A stretch of 64,000 bases of DNA. Source: Solirubrobacterales bacterium (GTDB lineage Bacteria > Actinomycetota > Thermoleophilia > Solirubrobacterales > 70-9). Positions 25,649 through 34,321 of the stretch are shown here, one piece after another (the first letter of the stretch is position 1; the number at the start of each line of letters is the position of its first letter). The stretch is taken from contig JBBQBH010000010.1 of the NCBI GenBank assembly GCA_038317345.1, forward strand, positions 339 to 64,338. Direction: 5' to 3'. Position numbers and translations under genes: made by a program. A model generated the notes under the pieces. The model had not been told where the DNA came from. It made no database searches and saw only the letters and a program-made list of their open reading frames with translations.

Positions 25649-27334
25649 CTACGCGGTGGCCTGGGCGGGCGGTGCCGTTGGCCATTCACCCTGTGAGTCC
25701 GCTTCGCCCTGCTCCATCGCGAGTTGGGGTGCAATGGCAAGCGAGCCTCCGATCGAGAGCAGCACCCAGGTGAGGGGGTCCTCGAGGAAGCCGGCGTAGG
25801 CCATCGTGTGGGCTATTAGCGCCAAGAAGCAGGCGAAGACGGCCGCGCGGGCCGCGACCAGCACGACCCGCTCGGCTGAGGGTCCTGTCGTGGAAGGTGG
25901 CGCCCGAAGCCCCGGCATCAGTCCCATGAACCCACGTGCCAGGGTGGCGAAGGCCACCGCGAGCAGGGCCAGGTAGGCGAGGAGGCCGAGCAGGCCCTGC
26001 TCGGCGGCGACGGTGACCGGCTCGGTGTGCGACACGCTCAGTCGCCCGTTGCCTCCGGTTCGGTGCTTCTGGTAGGCGACCGAAAAGGAGCCAGAGCCAT
26101 ATCCCCACAGCGGCCGATCGCCGAACAGCGCGATCCCTTCGCTGACCAGGTTGGCGCGACCGCTGGTGTCCTTGTTGAGGGTGTGCTCGGTTGAGAGGTT
26201 GATCTTCAGCGAGCCCCCGGCGGCGAGCACGAAGGCGACCGCGAGAATCGCTGCGCCGCCGCAGGCGGCAAGCGTCCAACGAGCGCTCCAGCGCAGCGCG
26301 GCCAATGCGGCAAGCCCGACCAGCAGTGCGACGAAGCTCGATTGCGAGAAGGTCGTGATCAGGCCCAGCCACAGCACCGCGACGAGGGAGCCGAGCCAAA
26401 GCACGAGACGGGGGCTGCGCCCCCAAAGCAGCGCGGCGGCGATCGCGGTGATCGTCAGCGCCAGATAACGCCCGAAGATATTGGGGTCCCAGAACAGGGA
26501 GTTGACCCGGAAGTAGGTGTGAAAGTCATTCGACTGGATCACCTCGGGATTCCAGATCAGGTGGCGCGCCGCGTACTCCCAGAAGCCGAAGAGAACGAAG
26601 AGCAGCGCTTCGCCGGCGACCACACCGAGCCCCAACACCAATAGGCGGCGGTCCCAGCGCCATTCGGCCAGCAGGATGAAGGCGAGCGCGAACGGAACGT
26701 AGAAGAAGGCAACGTTCTGAAGGGCGCGGGAGAAGTCCTCGGAGTAGACGGATTGGAGGGCGTAGAGGACGAGGACGGCGGCGAGGACCTTGGGGAGCAG
26801 CGTGATGCGCCCGGCTGCGGGTCCTGTCACGGAGGTCGCGCTCGCGGCCGTGCTCGAACCCTGCGCGCGGTCCGCGACCGCGACCTCCGCACCACCCGCA
26901 GAAGGCGCGTCATGGTGCTCCCCCCATTGGTGCTCCAGCCACTGCCTCCAGGCCACGGCCAGCACTCCGCCGGCGATCACGAGGTAGAGGGGGACAAGGA
27001 GGTTTGCCTCCTGGCCGCCGGCGTGGATCGGGACGCGGAATGGAACCGCGGCGATCACCGCGAGGGGCAGCAGCATCGGGCGGCGGCGGAACAAGGCAGT
27101 CAAGACGGCAACCGCAATCACCGCCACGGCGCCTAGGGCGACGAAACGGGCGACGTGGTCGCGCAGATCGGTGATCTCGGCCGAGTGCCACTGGTCGGCG
27201 AGGATCAGCACCGGGATCAGCACCAAGGCGATCAGCATCGTCGCCGAACGGCGCGGCGACGCCTCCCAGAGCATCGCGGCAGCGGCTGCGAACACCGCCG
27301 CGAACAAGCCCGCCACCGCTAGGACATTCCCCAT
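25649..27334 (-). CDS. O-antigen ligase / Wzy-like polymerase family membrane protein
   Basis: 561-aa polytopic protein with a large loop (RPLWGYGSGSFSVAY, HTEPVTVAAEQGLLGL) resembling the Wzy_C/O-antigen ligase domain. Confidence 0.65.
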   Translation of the reverse strand: MGNVLAVAGLFAAVFAAAAAMLWEASPRRSATMLIALVLIPVLILADQWHSAEITDLRDHVARFVALGAVAVIAVAVLTALFRRRPMLLPLAVIAAVPFRVPIHAGGQEANLLVPLYLVIAGGVLAVAWRQWLEHQWGEHHDAPSAGGAEVAVADRAQGSSTAASATSVTGPAAGRITLLPKVLAAVLVLYALQSVYSEDFSRALQNVAFFYVPFALAFILLAEWRWDRRLLVLGLGVVAGEALLFVLFGFWEYAARHLIWNPEVIQSNDFHTYFRVNSLFWDPNIFGRYLALTITAIAAALLWGRSPRLVLWLGSLVAVLWLGLITTFSQSSFVALLVGLAALAALRWSARWTLAACGGAAILAVAFVLAAGGSLKINLSTEHTLNKDTSGRANLVSEGIALFGDRPLWGYGSGSFSVAYQKHRTGGNGRLSVSHTEPVTVAAEQGLLGLLAYLALLAVAFATLARGFMGLMPGLRAPPSTTGPSAERVVLVAARAAVFACFLALIAHTMAYAGFLEDPLTWVLLSIGGSLAIAPQLAMEQGEADSQGEWPTAPPAQATA

Positions 27335-27936
27335 CAGCCGCCGGGCCCCGGGCTCGAGATTCGCTGAAGCGTGTGCAGCCTGATCCGCCCGACCGCGTCC
27401 AGTGTTCGATCCTCGTCGAGCAATCTGACACGCAGGCGATACGGCCCCGTTGGCGCTAGCCTGCCGGAATTGGTGCGACCGTTCCAGCGCACCGCGAGGA
27501 TCTTGTAGGCGGGGAGCGTCGCGCCCGGAGGCAGTCGATCCAACACCCGGTTGCGCTTGCTCAGGACCTTGACCGTGAACGTCTTCACGGGGTGGTCGTG
27601 GCGATCGATGATCTGGACGATCCCCGGATCCGACCGGGTGAGGCGAAACCGGATCCGCGCCAGATCGGTCTGGCCGTCACCGTTCGGTGTGATCACAGTC
27701 TGCCCGTTGACGAGGGGGTTGAACGTCACCTTGTCGAGGATCAACGGCTCCCGCTTGAGGCGCTGCGCAGCGGCAAATGCGGCGACCGTCGCGACGACCA
27801 GCAGCGCGAAGATCGCCGGGGCGAGAACCCGATTCGCCGTCAGGCGTCGTCGCTGCTCACGATCGAGCTCCACGACGGCCAGATTACTTGCGCTGCAACC
27901 CCGGATCCGGCGCGCGAGACGCCGGCGCGCAAACAA
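27334..27936 (-). CDS. Membrane-anchored protein with FlgD-Ig-like fold (hypothetical)
   Basis: One TM helix followed by a beta-rich domain with ITPNGDGQTD and AVRWNGRTNSGRLAPTGPYRLRVRL, the pattern seen in FlgD_ig-type domains. The start is uncertain. Confidence 0.5.
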   Translation of the reverse strand: MFARRRLARRIRGCSASNLAVVELDREQRRRLTANRVLAPAIFALLVVATVAAFAAAQRLKREPLILDKVTFNPLVNGQTVITPNGDGQTDLARIRFRLTRSDPGIVQIIDRHDHPVKTFTVKVLSKRNRVLDRLPPGATLPAYKILAVRWNGRTNSGRLAPTGPYRLRVRLLDEDRTLDAVGRIRLHTLQRISSPGPGG

Positions 27937-27945
27937 TTGCGGCGC

Positions 27946-28740
27946 CTAGCCGCCGATGTTGGCCTTGTCCTGGCCCACGACCACGGAGACCATTGCCCCG
28001 GCGGAGTCGCCCCTGATCTCAGGCGTCATCAAGCCCACCTTGTTGATCCCCAGGCCCTTCCCGACCTTGACCGCCTCGGGCTTGTGCCCGCGGGTGAACA
28101 TGATGACGCTCTGGGTGAAGCTGTTGCGGCTGTTGGTCACAACGCCGACCTTAAATCCCTTCCCTTCGAGCTTGTTGCCGACCGTGCCCGCGAGCCCCTG
28201 CACGGGCGGGTTGGTCCCGTTGAGGACGGCCACCTCGACCTGACTTGGCTTCACGACCCCGTTGGTCGATCCCTTGTCGTTGCCGCTGCCCCCGAGGAGC
28301 TGTGTAGCCGCAGCAGCCACGCCAACCCCGAGCACGATCACAGCGCCGATCACCACCGCCAGATAGCGCGGCTCCGGCATACGCCCCCCGGGCCCGCGGC
28401 TGAAGAACTGCCGAAGCCGCTCCATGCGCGTCTGCGCCGGAAGCCCGGCCTCGCGCCTTTGGCGGCGCTGCTCCCGCTTCGTCGTGGCTTGACGCTCAGC
28501 CGTCTGCACCTCATCGCGCTTGCGGCGCTCCTCCTCGACCTTGCGTATCTCCTCCGCCCGCTCCGCCGCCAGGTCTGAGGTCGCCTCAACGCCCTCGGCG
28601 TCGCGCTCGGGAGCGCGGCCTGCCCAGTCGCGAAGGCGGCGCACGTCGCGAGCCTGTGAGAAGTAGAGGAGCGACAAGACCGCCAAGCCCACGAAAGCGC
28701 CCAGCCCGGCGATGGCCCCGATTTCCTTGATCAACTCCAC
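27946..28740 (-). CDS. LytR_C (cell-envelope-related attenuator C-terminal) domain protein
   Basis: An N-terminal TM helix and a charged coiled region precede VEVAVLNGTNPPVQGLAGTVGNKLEGKGFKVGVVTNS...VVVGQD, characteristic of the LytR_C domain. Confidence 0.7.
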   Translation of the reverse strand: MELIKEIGAIAGLGAFVGLAVLSLLYFSQARDVRRLRDWAGRAPERDAEGVEATSDLAAERAEEIRKVEEERRKRDEVQTAERQATTKREQRRQRREAGLPAQTRMERLRQFFSRGPGGRMPEPRYLAVVIGAVIVLGVGVAAAATQLLGGSGNDKGSTNGVVKPSQVEVAVLNGTNPPVQGLAGTVGNKLEGKGFKVGVVTNSRNSFTQSVIMFTRGHKPEAVKVGKGLGINKVGLMTPEIRGDSAGAMVSVVVGQDKANIGG

Positions 28741-28758
28741 GGCAGCGAGCCGCGGAGG

Positions 28759-30651
28759 CTACTTGTCGTAGACGACCGCCGTCTCTCCACCGTCGCTGGA
28801 AGTGACCAGCGCGACGATCTGCTCGGCCAGGTGAGACTCGTCGCCGGTGAGCACGAGCTGCTCCATTCGGTCGAGCGTGGCGACCACCCAGTCGGCGTCG
28901 AGCGGGACCTCTCTCACCGCCCGCAGAATCCTCTTTGCCGCGGTCGGCTGGGACCGCTCGTTATCCCCGAACAGCTCCTCTTGCAGCTTCTCGCCGGGGC
29001 GGATCCCGGTGAACTCGACCGCGATGTCGGTCTCGGGCTCGTATCCAGCCAGCCGGATCATGTTGTGGGCCAAGTCCTCGATCCGAACCGGGTCGCCCAT
29101 GTCGAGGACGAAGACCTCGCCCTTGCCGGCCCCGATGTCCCCGGCCCGGATCACCAGCTGCACGGACTCGGGGATGGTCATGAAATAGCGCGTCATCTCC
29201 GGGTGGGTGACGGTGACCGGGCCACCGCGCTCGATCTGGCGACGGAAGATCGGCACCACGCTCCCGGACGATGCGAGCACGTTGCCGAAGCGAACGCTGA
29301 CGAAGCGGGTGTGCGGATGCTTCTGGCCCGCCACCTCGACGATCCACTCGGCCATCGCCTTCGAAGCCCCCATCACGGTCTTCGGGTTCACGGCCTTGTC
29401 GGTGGAGATGAGGACGAAGCGCTCGACGTCGGAGGCGGCCGCGGTCTCGGCTGTGATCCGGGTCGCGATCGCGTTGTTGCGGATCGCCTCCAGGGGGTTT
29501 GCCTCCATCAGCGGCACGTGCTTGTAGGCGGCGGCGTGGAAGACCACCTCGGGCTTGAAGCGCTGCATCACCTCGAGCATCCGCGCCGGCTCGCGGCAGT
29601 CGGCCAGCACCGACTCGACGTTGGTGAAGTGGCGCTCCTCGACCATCTCGCGGTCGATCCCGAAAAGGTTGCTCTCCGACTGGTCGAGCATCACCATCAG
29701 GCGAGGGTTCACGCGGGCGATCTGCCGGCAAAGCTCGGAGCCGATCGAGCCGCCGGCGCCGGTGACCAGGACCTTGCGGTCCTCCAGGTAGGCGCCGACC
29801 CGATCCAGCTCGACGTGGACCGGATCGCGGCCCAGGACGTCCTCCACCTGGACCTCGCGAAGCTGCCGGGTCAGCTGCACGCCGCCGCGCAGCAGCTCGA
29901 AGACGGTGGGCAGCGTGCGCACGGGGATCTCGCGCCCGCGGCAGGCCGCCACGACCTGGGCGCGCAGGGTGCCTGGCGCCGACGGAATCGCGATCACCAC
30001 CTCGTCGGGCTCGGTCTCGTCGAGGATCTTGCCGATCTCGGCCGTGGTTCCAAGCACCTTCAGTCCCAACATCCGCATCCCCTGCTTGCGGGCGTCGTCG
30101 TCGATGAAGCCGATCGCCACCGAGCCGAGGTTCGGGTTGAGCTGCAGCTCGCGGACCACCATCTGCCCGCCCGAACCGGCGCCGACGACGAGCACGTCGC
30201 GGCCGCGGACGATGCGGGCGCCGCGACCCGGCCGCTCGACCACCAGCCTGACCAGAAGGCGCGCCCCGGCGACCAGCATCAGCGTGAACATGAAGTCGAT
30301 CACGCCGACCGAGCGAGGCAAGCTGTCGTCGAACGGCTTCGCGACCGTAAAGACGAAGATCAGGATCAGGCTCGACACGGCGACGGCGCGAACGATCCCG
30401 GCGAAGTCGCGCAGGCCCACGTAGCGCCACCACTTCTGGTAGAGGCCGAAGGCGGCGAAGACGATCACCTTGCCGACCGCGACGAAGGCGACCGACTGAA
30501 GGAACAGCGTCCAGTAGCGGTCCGGGATGCCGTGCGCCTCGTCGAGGAAGCGGAGGCGGAAGGCGAGCAGGAACGCGAGCGCGCAGAGCGCCACGTCGGC
30601 CAGTATCTGAAGGGTTCGGCCCCGGTAGACGGGGTGGTTCAAGCGCCGCAT
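28759..30651 (-). CDS. CapD/WbpM/PglF-type membrane-anchored NDP-sugar 4,6-dehydratase/epimerase
   Basis: Starts at MRRLNHPVYRG. Four N-terminal TM helices, then two Rossmann motifs (VLVVGAGSGGQ, VLVTGAGGSIGSEL) and the catalytic YKHV/MGASK block. The tracked 987-aa ORF extension overlaps dedA and is rejected. Confidence 0.85.
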   Translation of the reverse strand: MRRLNHPVYRGRTLQILADVALCALAFLLAFRLRFLDEAHGIPDRYWTLFLQSVAFVAVGKVIVFAAFGLYQKWWRYVGLRDFAGIVRAVAVSSLILIFVFTVAKPFDDSLPRSVGVIDFMFTLMLVAGARLLVRLVVERPGRGARIVRGRDVLVVGAGSGGQMVVRELQLNPNLGSVAIGFIDDDARKQGMRMLGLKVLGTTAEIGKILDETEPDEVVIAIPSAPGTLRAQVVAACRGREIPVRTLPTVFELLRGGVQLTRQLREVQVEDVLGRDPVHVELDRVGAYLEDRKVLVTGAGGSIGSELCRQIARVNPRLMVMLDQSESNLFGIDREMVEERHFTNVESVLADCREPARMLEVMQRFKPEVVFHAAAYKHVPLMEANPLEAIRNNAIATRITAETAAASDVERFVLISTDKAVNPKTVMGASKAMAEWIVEVAGQKHPHTRFVSVRFGNVLASSGSVVPIFRRQIERGGPVTVTHPEMTRYFMTIPESVQLVIRAGDIGAGKGEVFVLDMGDPVRIEDLAHNMIRLAGYEPETDIAVEFTGIRPGEKLQEELFGDNERSQPTAAKRILRAVREVPLDADWVVATLDRMEQLVLTGDESHLAEQIVALVTSSDGGETAVVYDK

Positions 30652-30768
30652 GTAACCGGTCGATTCTAGACGGCGGTGCGGGAGTCCTGGGGGCCGCAGC
30701 TCGCCTCGGCAACGAACCTGCCGGTCGCCTAGCATGTAGCGTCCGCTCAGCCGGGCTCCGGCGCGCCC

Positions 30769-31446
30769 ATGCTCATACTCGCCAGCATCTCCGACGTCGT
30801 TCTCGACCCGATCATCAACGTCTGCACGGACTTCATCGGGTCGGTCGGCCTCCCCGCGGTTTTCCTCCTGATGACGCTGGAGTCCGCCTGCATCCCGGTG
30901 CCCAGTGAAGCGATCATGCTTTTCGCGGGCTTCAGCGTCTCGAAGGGCGACCTGACCCTGTTCGGGATCGTCGGCGCGGGAGTGTTGGGGAATGTGGTCG
31001 GCTCCTGGATCGCATACGCGCTGGGCTACTACGGCCGACTGGAGCTGCTCGAGCGCAACCGCGTCTTCCACGTCAACCCGCGTCAGCTCGCCTTGACCGA
31101 ACGCTGGTTTCAGCGTTACGGGAGCGCGACGGTCTTCTTCAGCCGCATGCTGCCGATCATCCGCACCTTCATCTCCCTGCCCGCCGGAGTGGCGCGGATG
31201 CCATTCTGGCGCTTCACGGTACTCACCACCCTCGGCTCCATTCCCTGGGTCCTGATGCTGGCCCTGGTCGGCCGCAAGGTCGGCGACAACTGGGAGCACT
31301 GGCGCCACAACCTCGGCTACCTCGACTACGTCATCGTGGCGGCGATCGTCGGCGCGATCGTCTACCTGGTGGTCAAGCGACGGCGCGGTGGGGACCCTGA
31401 CGAGGAGACACCGGAACCCGAGCCCGCCGGGACGAGCGGCGGTTGA
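30769..31446 (+). CDS. DedA-family membrane protein
   Basis: DedA/SNARE-associated signatures LMTLESACIPVPSEAIMLFAGF and FFSRMLPIIRTFISLPAG. Confidence 0.85.
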   Translation: MLILASISDVVLDPIINVCTDFIGSVGLPAVFLLMTLESACIPVPSEAIMLFAGFSVSKGDLTLFGIVGAGVLGNVVGSWIAYALGYYGRLELLERNRVFHVNPRQLALTERWFQRYGSATVFFSRMLPIIRTFISLPAGVARMPFWRFTVLTTLGSIPWVLMLALVGRKVGDNWEHWRHNLGYLDYVIVAAIVGAIVYLVVKRRRGGDPDEETPEPEPAGTSGG

Positions 31447-32351
31447 GCGCGGCGTCAGAGGACGGAAGGGGTCCGACCGCGGAGGCGCCGGTGTCGATAC
31501 CTGCGCGCCGCGCAATCGCGCTGGGGTTGATCCAGGGCCCCGCCGAGCTGCTTCCCGTCTCCAGCTCCGCCCACCTGGTGCTGGTGCCCTGGCTCGCGGG
31601 GTGGGATTGGGACGGGCTCGATCCAGAGCTTCGAAAGAGCTTCGAGGTGGCTCTGCATGCCGGGGCGGCCGCCGCACTGCTGGTTGGTCAACGGCGCGTG
31701 ATCGCCGACGAGCTGCGCTCATTCGACGCCCGCCGGGCGGCGGTGCTGATTCTCTCGTTCGCCCCCCCGGCGTTGGTCGGATACACGCTGGAGCGATCGA
31801 TCGAGCGCCGCCTCGGGGGCCCTCGGACGACGGCTATAGGCCTGCTCGCAGGGGCGGCTGCGATGGTCCTCGCCGACCGGCGCCCCCAGCGGCGGGGGCG
31901 AGGCGAGGCGACGACGCTCGATGGGCTTGCCCTCGGAGTCGCCCAGGCGGCGGCTCTGGCGCCGGGGGTGTCGCGTAACGGCGCCACGCTGGCCGCGGCC
32001 CGCTGGCGCTGCTTCACGCGCGAGCAGGCCAATCTGCTGTCGCGCACGGTCGCGCTTCCGATCATCGTCGGGGCGGCGATGCTGAAGGGCGCCCGCCTTC
32101 ACGGCCGCGGCACCGATCCCTCGCTGCGCAAGGCGATGAGGGTCGGCGTCGCCGCGTCGTTCGCCTCTGCGCTCGCCTCGCAGAGGCTGATCCGCCAGGT
32201 CGAGCGCGACCGCTCCCTCTGGCCCTATGCCGCCTACCGCGCCGGGCTGGCCGCGATCGTGCTGGCGCGCCTGCGGCGCCTGCGCAGGCGACCGGAGGCT
32301 GAGGTTCAATCGAAGCTGATGGAGATCGGCGACCGCGAAAGGGTGACGTGA
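31443..32351 (+). CDS. uppP: Undecaprenyl-diphosphate phosphatase (BacA/UppP)
   Basis: UppP signature GLIQGPAELLPVSSSAHLVL and the second motif PGVSRNGATL. Overlaps the dedA stop by 4 nt; the exact start is uncertain. Confidence 0.85.
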   Translation: MSAASEDGRGPTAEAPVSIPARRAIALGLIQGPAELLPVSSSAHLVLVPWLAGWDWDGLDPELRKSFEVALHAGAAAALLVGQRRVIADELRSFDARRAAVLILSFAPPALVGYTLERSIERRLGGPRTTAIGLLAGAAAMVLADRRPQRRGRGEATTLDGLALGVAQAAALAPGVSRNGATLAAARWRCFTREQANLLSRTVALPIIVGAAMLKGARLHGRGTDPSLRKAMRVGVAASFASALASQRLIRQVERDRSLWPYAAYRAGLAAIVLARLRRLRRRPEAEVQSKLMEIGDRERVT

Positions 32352-32373
32352 GCGCCCAAGACAGCCGAGCCGC

Positions 32374-33381
32374 GTGAACGAGACCGACGCCTACGCCAGC
32401 GCGGGGGTCGACCAGAGCGCCGCCGACTCGGCGGTATCGGCGCTGGTCGAAGCCCTGGGTGCGATCGAGCTGGGTCGGCCGTCTCGCCAGGTGCCGCTGC
32501 CCGGGCACTACGCGAGCGTGATTCGCATCGACGAGCGGACCGGGATCGCCCTCTCAACCGACGGAGTCGGCACCAAGCTGGCGGTCGCCGAGCAGCTGGG
32601 TCGGTACGACAGCGTCGGCATCGACTGCGTGGCGATGAACGTCAACGACGTGATCTGCGTCGGGGCCGAGCCGCTGGCGATGCTCGACTACATCGCGGCG
32701 GAGATCGCGGATGCCGAAGTCAGCCGACAGATCGGCGTCGGGCTTGCCCGGGGAGCGCAGGTCGCCGGGATCGAGATCCCGGGCGGGGAGCTGGCCCAGC
32801 TCGGCGACATGGTGCGTGGCTTCGACCTTGCCGGAGCCTGCTTCGGAACCGTCGCCCTGGACGCGATCGTCGATGGCTCCGCGGTGGAGCCCGGCGACGC
32901 GGTCCTCGGCCTTCCGTCGTCCGGTCTTCACTCCAACGGCTACACGCTCGCGCGCGGTGCGCTCGACGGCATCCCGCTCGACGACGAGCAGCTCGGAGCG
33001 CCGCTCGGCGAGGTGCTGCTGACCCCGACCGAGATCTACGTTCGCCCGGTGCTCGAGCTTCTGGGCTCCGCCGTCGCGACGCGCGGCCTCGCCCACATCA
33101 CCTCCGGCGGGCTTGGAAATTTGCTGCGTCTGCGGGCCGAGGTCGGCTACCAGATCGACGACCCGCTGCCGGCGCCGCCCGTGTTCGGTCTGATCCAGGA
33201 GCGCGCCCAGGTCTCAGACGACGAAATGCATGACGTCTTCAACATGGGCTGCGGGTTCTGCTGCGTGGTCGCCGCGGATGACGAGCACGCCGCGCTGGAG
33301 ATCCTCCATCGCCACTACCCCGGTGCGAAGCGGATCGGCAGGGCAACCACTGGGCCACGTGAGGTGCGCCGCTCCGGCTGA
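32374..33381 (+). CDS. purM: Phosphoribosylformylglycinamidine cyclo-ligase (AIR synthetase)
   Basis: PurM blocks YASAGVD, STDGVGTKL, GIDCVAMNVNDV and HITSGG. Confidence 0.9.
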   Translation: MNETDAYASAGVDQSAADSAVSALVEALGAIELGRPSRQVPLPGHYASVIRIDERTGIALSTDGVGTKLAVAEQLGRYDSVGIDCVAMNVNDVICVGAEPLAMLDYIAAEIADAEVSRQIGVGLARGAQVAGIEIPGGELAQLGDMVRGFDLAGACFGTVALDAIVDGSAVEPGDAVLGLPSSGLHSNGYTLARGALDGIPLDDEQLGAPLGEVLLTPTEIYVRPVLELLGSAVATRGLAHITSGGLGNLLRLRAEVGYQIDDPLPAPPVFGLIQERAQVSDDEMHDVFNMGCGFCCVVAADDEHAALEILHRHYPGAKRIGRATTGPREVRRSG

Positions 33382-33390
33382 TCGCCGGAG

Positions 33391-34269
33391 CTAGGGCTGC
33401 CCCCACAGCGTCCCGGTGAGCACGCTGACCGGCTTCAGCTTCCACTCGGTCGCCAAGCCCCAGAGCTCGGCTTCGACAAGCGGCCGTGGCCGCCCGGACA
33501 GCATCTCCGCCTCTGCGGTCGCGATCGGGCCGAAGCGGTCGATCGCGGCCAGTGGCTCGAGCGGCCCCTCGTTTACCGGCGACGCTCCCGCGGCCAGCGC
33601 GGCGTCGCGGTAGGCGCTGTACGGCTGCCAGCCGAAGACGCTGTGTCGCCGGCCGTCGGCGCCGATGAAGATCGCGGTGGAAAACGGGACCCGCTCCCTG
33701 CCTTCGGTGGTCCGCACCTGGCCGGCTGCCCGCGCCTCCTCGGGGACGTCGCGCACCTCGTCGAGGTCGGCGGCAAACAGCTCGGTGATCGCGTGCGAGT
33801 CGAGGTCGATCCGGAACCGGTCGACGTCGAGCCCCACGGGCCCGGCCTCGGCGACGAGCGCGTCGGCGGTATCGAGCTTTCGCCGCTCGACCATCAGTCC
33901 CTCGCGCAGGCGACGTAGATAGCGGTACTCGTGCTCCGAGCCCTGCTCGCCCGCCGCCTTGACCGCCATGCAAGCGGGATAGGAGCTGCGAATCGGGTTC
34001 TGGGTCCAGATTCGCGGGTCGCAGGGCATCGCGGTCACTTCACCGACGGCAAGCCAGTGCGACATCAGGTCGGCGAAGCAGTCCGGCCCCGACCCGATAC
34101 GTCCCTCCTCGTCGCGATATTCGGGGCCGTACTGGCGCGCCAGACCGCCCATCACCCAGATAAATCGGAGCTCGCGGTCAAACTCCCACATGAGTTTGCG
34201 AAGCTTGGGCTCGCTGCCCCACGACCAGGAGCAGGCAGGGTCTGTCAGGTAGCGAATCTCTACGGGCAC
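33391..34269 (-). CDS. DsbA-family thioredoxin-fold protein (CxxS variant)
   Basis: N-terminal YLTDPACSWSWGSEP lies at the position of the DsbA/FrnE-like CxxC motif, but reads C-S-W-S. Confidence 0.6.
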   Translation of the reverse strand: MPVEIRYLTDPACSWSWGSEPKLRKLMWEFDRELRFIWVMGGLARQYGPEYRDEEGRIGSGPDCFADLMSHWLAVGEVTAMPCDPRIWTQNPIRSSYPACMAVKAAGEQGSEHEYRYLRRLREGLMVERRKLDTADALVAEAGPVGLDVDRFRIDLDSHAITELFAADLDEVRDVPEEARAAGQVRTTEGRERVPFSTAIFIGADGRRHSVFGWQPYSAYRDAALAAGASPVNEGPLEPLAAIDRFGPIATAEAEMLSGRPRPLVEAELWGLATEWKLKPVSVLTGTLWGQP

Positions 34270-34321
34270 GGAGTTGCCGAGAATACGTGCCGGATGCGCG
34301 AACCTCAGTGATCAGAGACGA

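Noticed and set aside
28759-31722. A 987-aa ORF that would extend the CapD-type dehydratase about 350 residues upstream
   Set aside because: The extension is Arg/Pro/Ala-rich shadow sequence lying antisense to the well-supported dedA gene (30769-31446). The conserved CapD protein begins at MRRLNHPVYRG (ATG 30651), directly followed by its TM helices.
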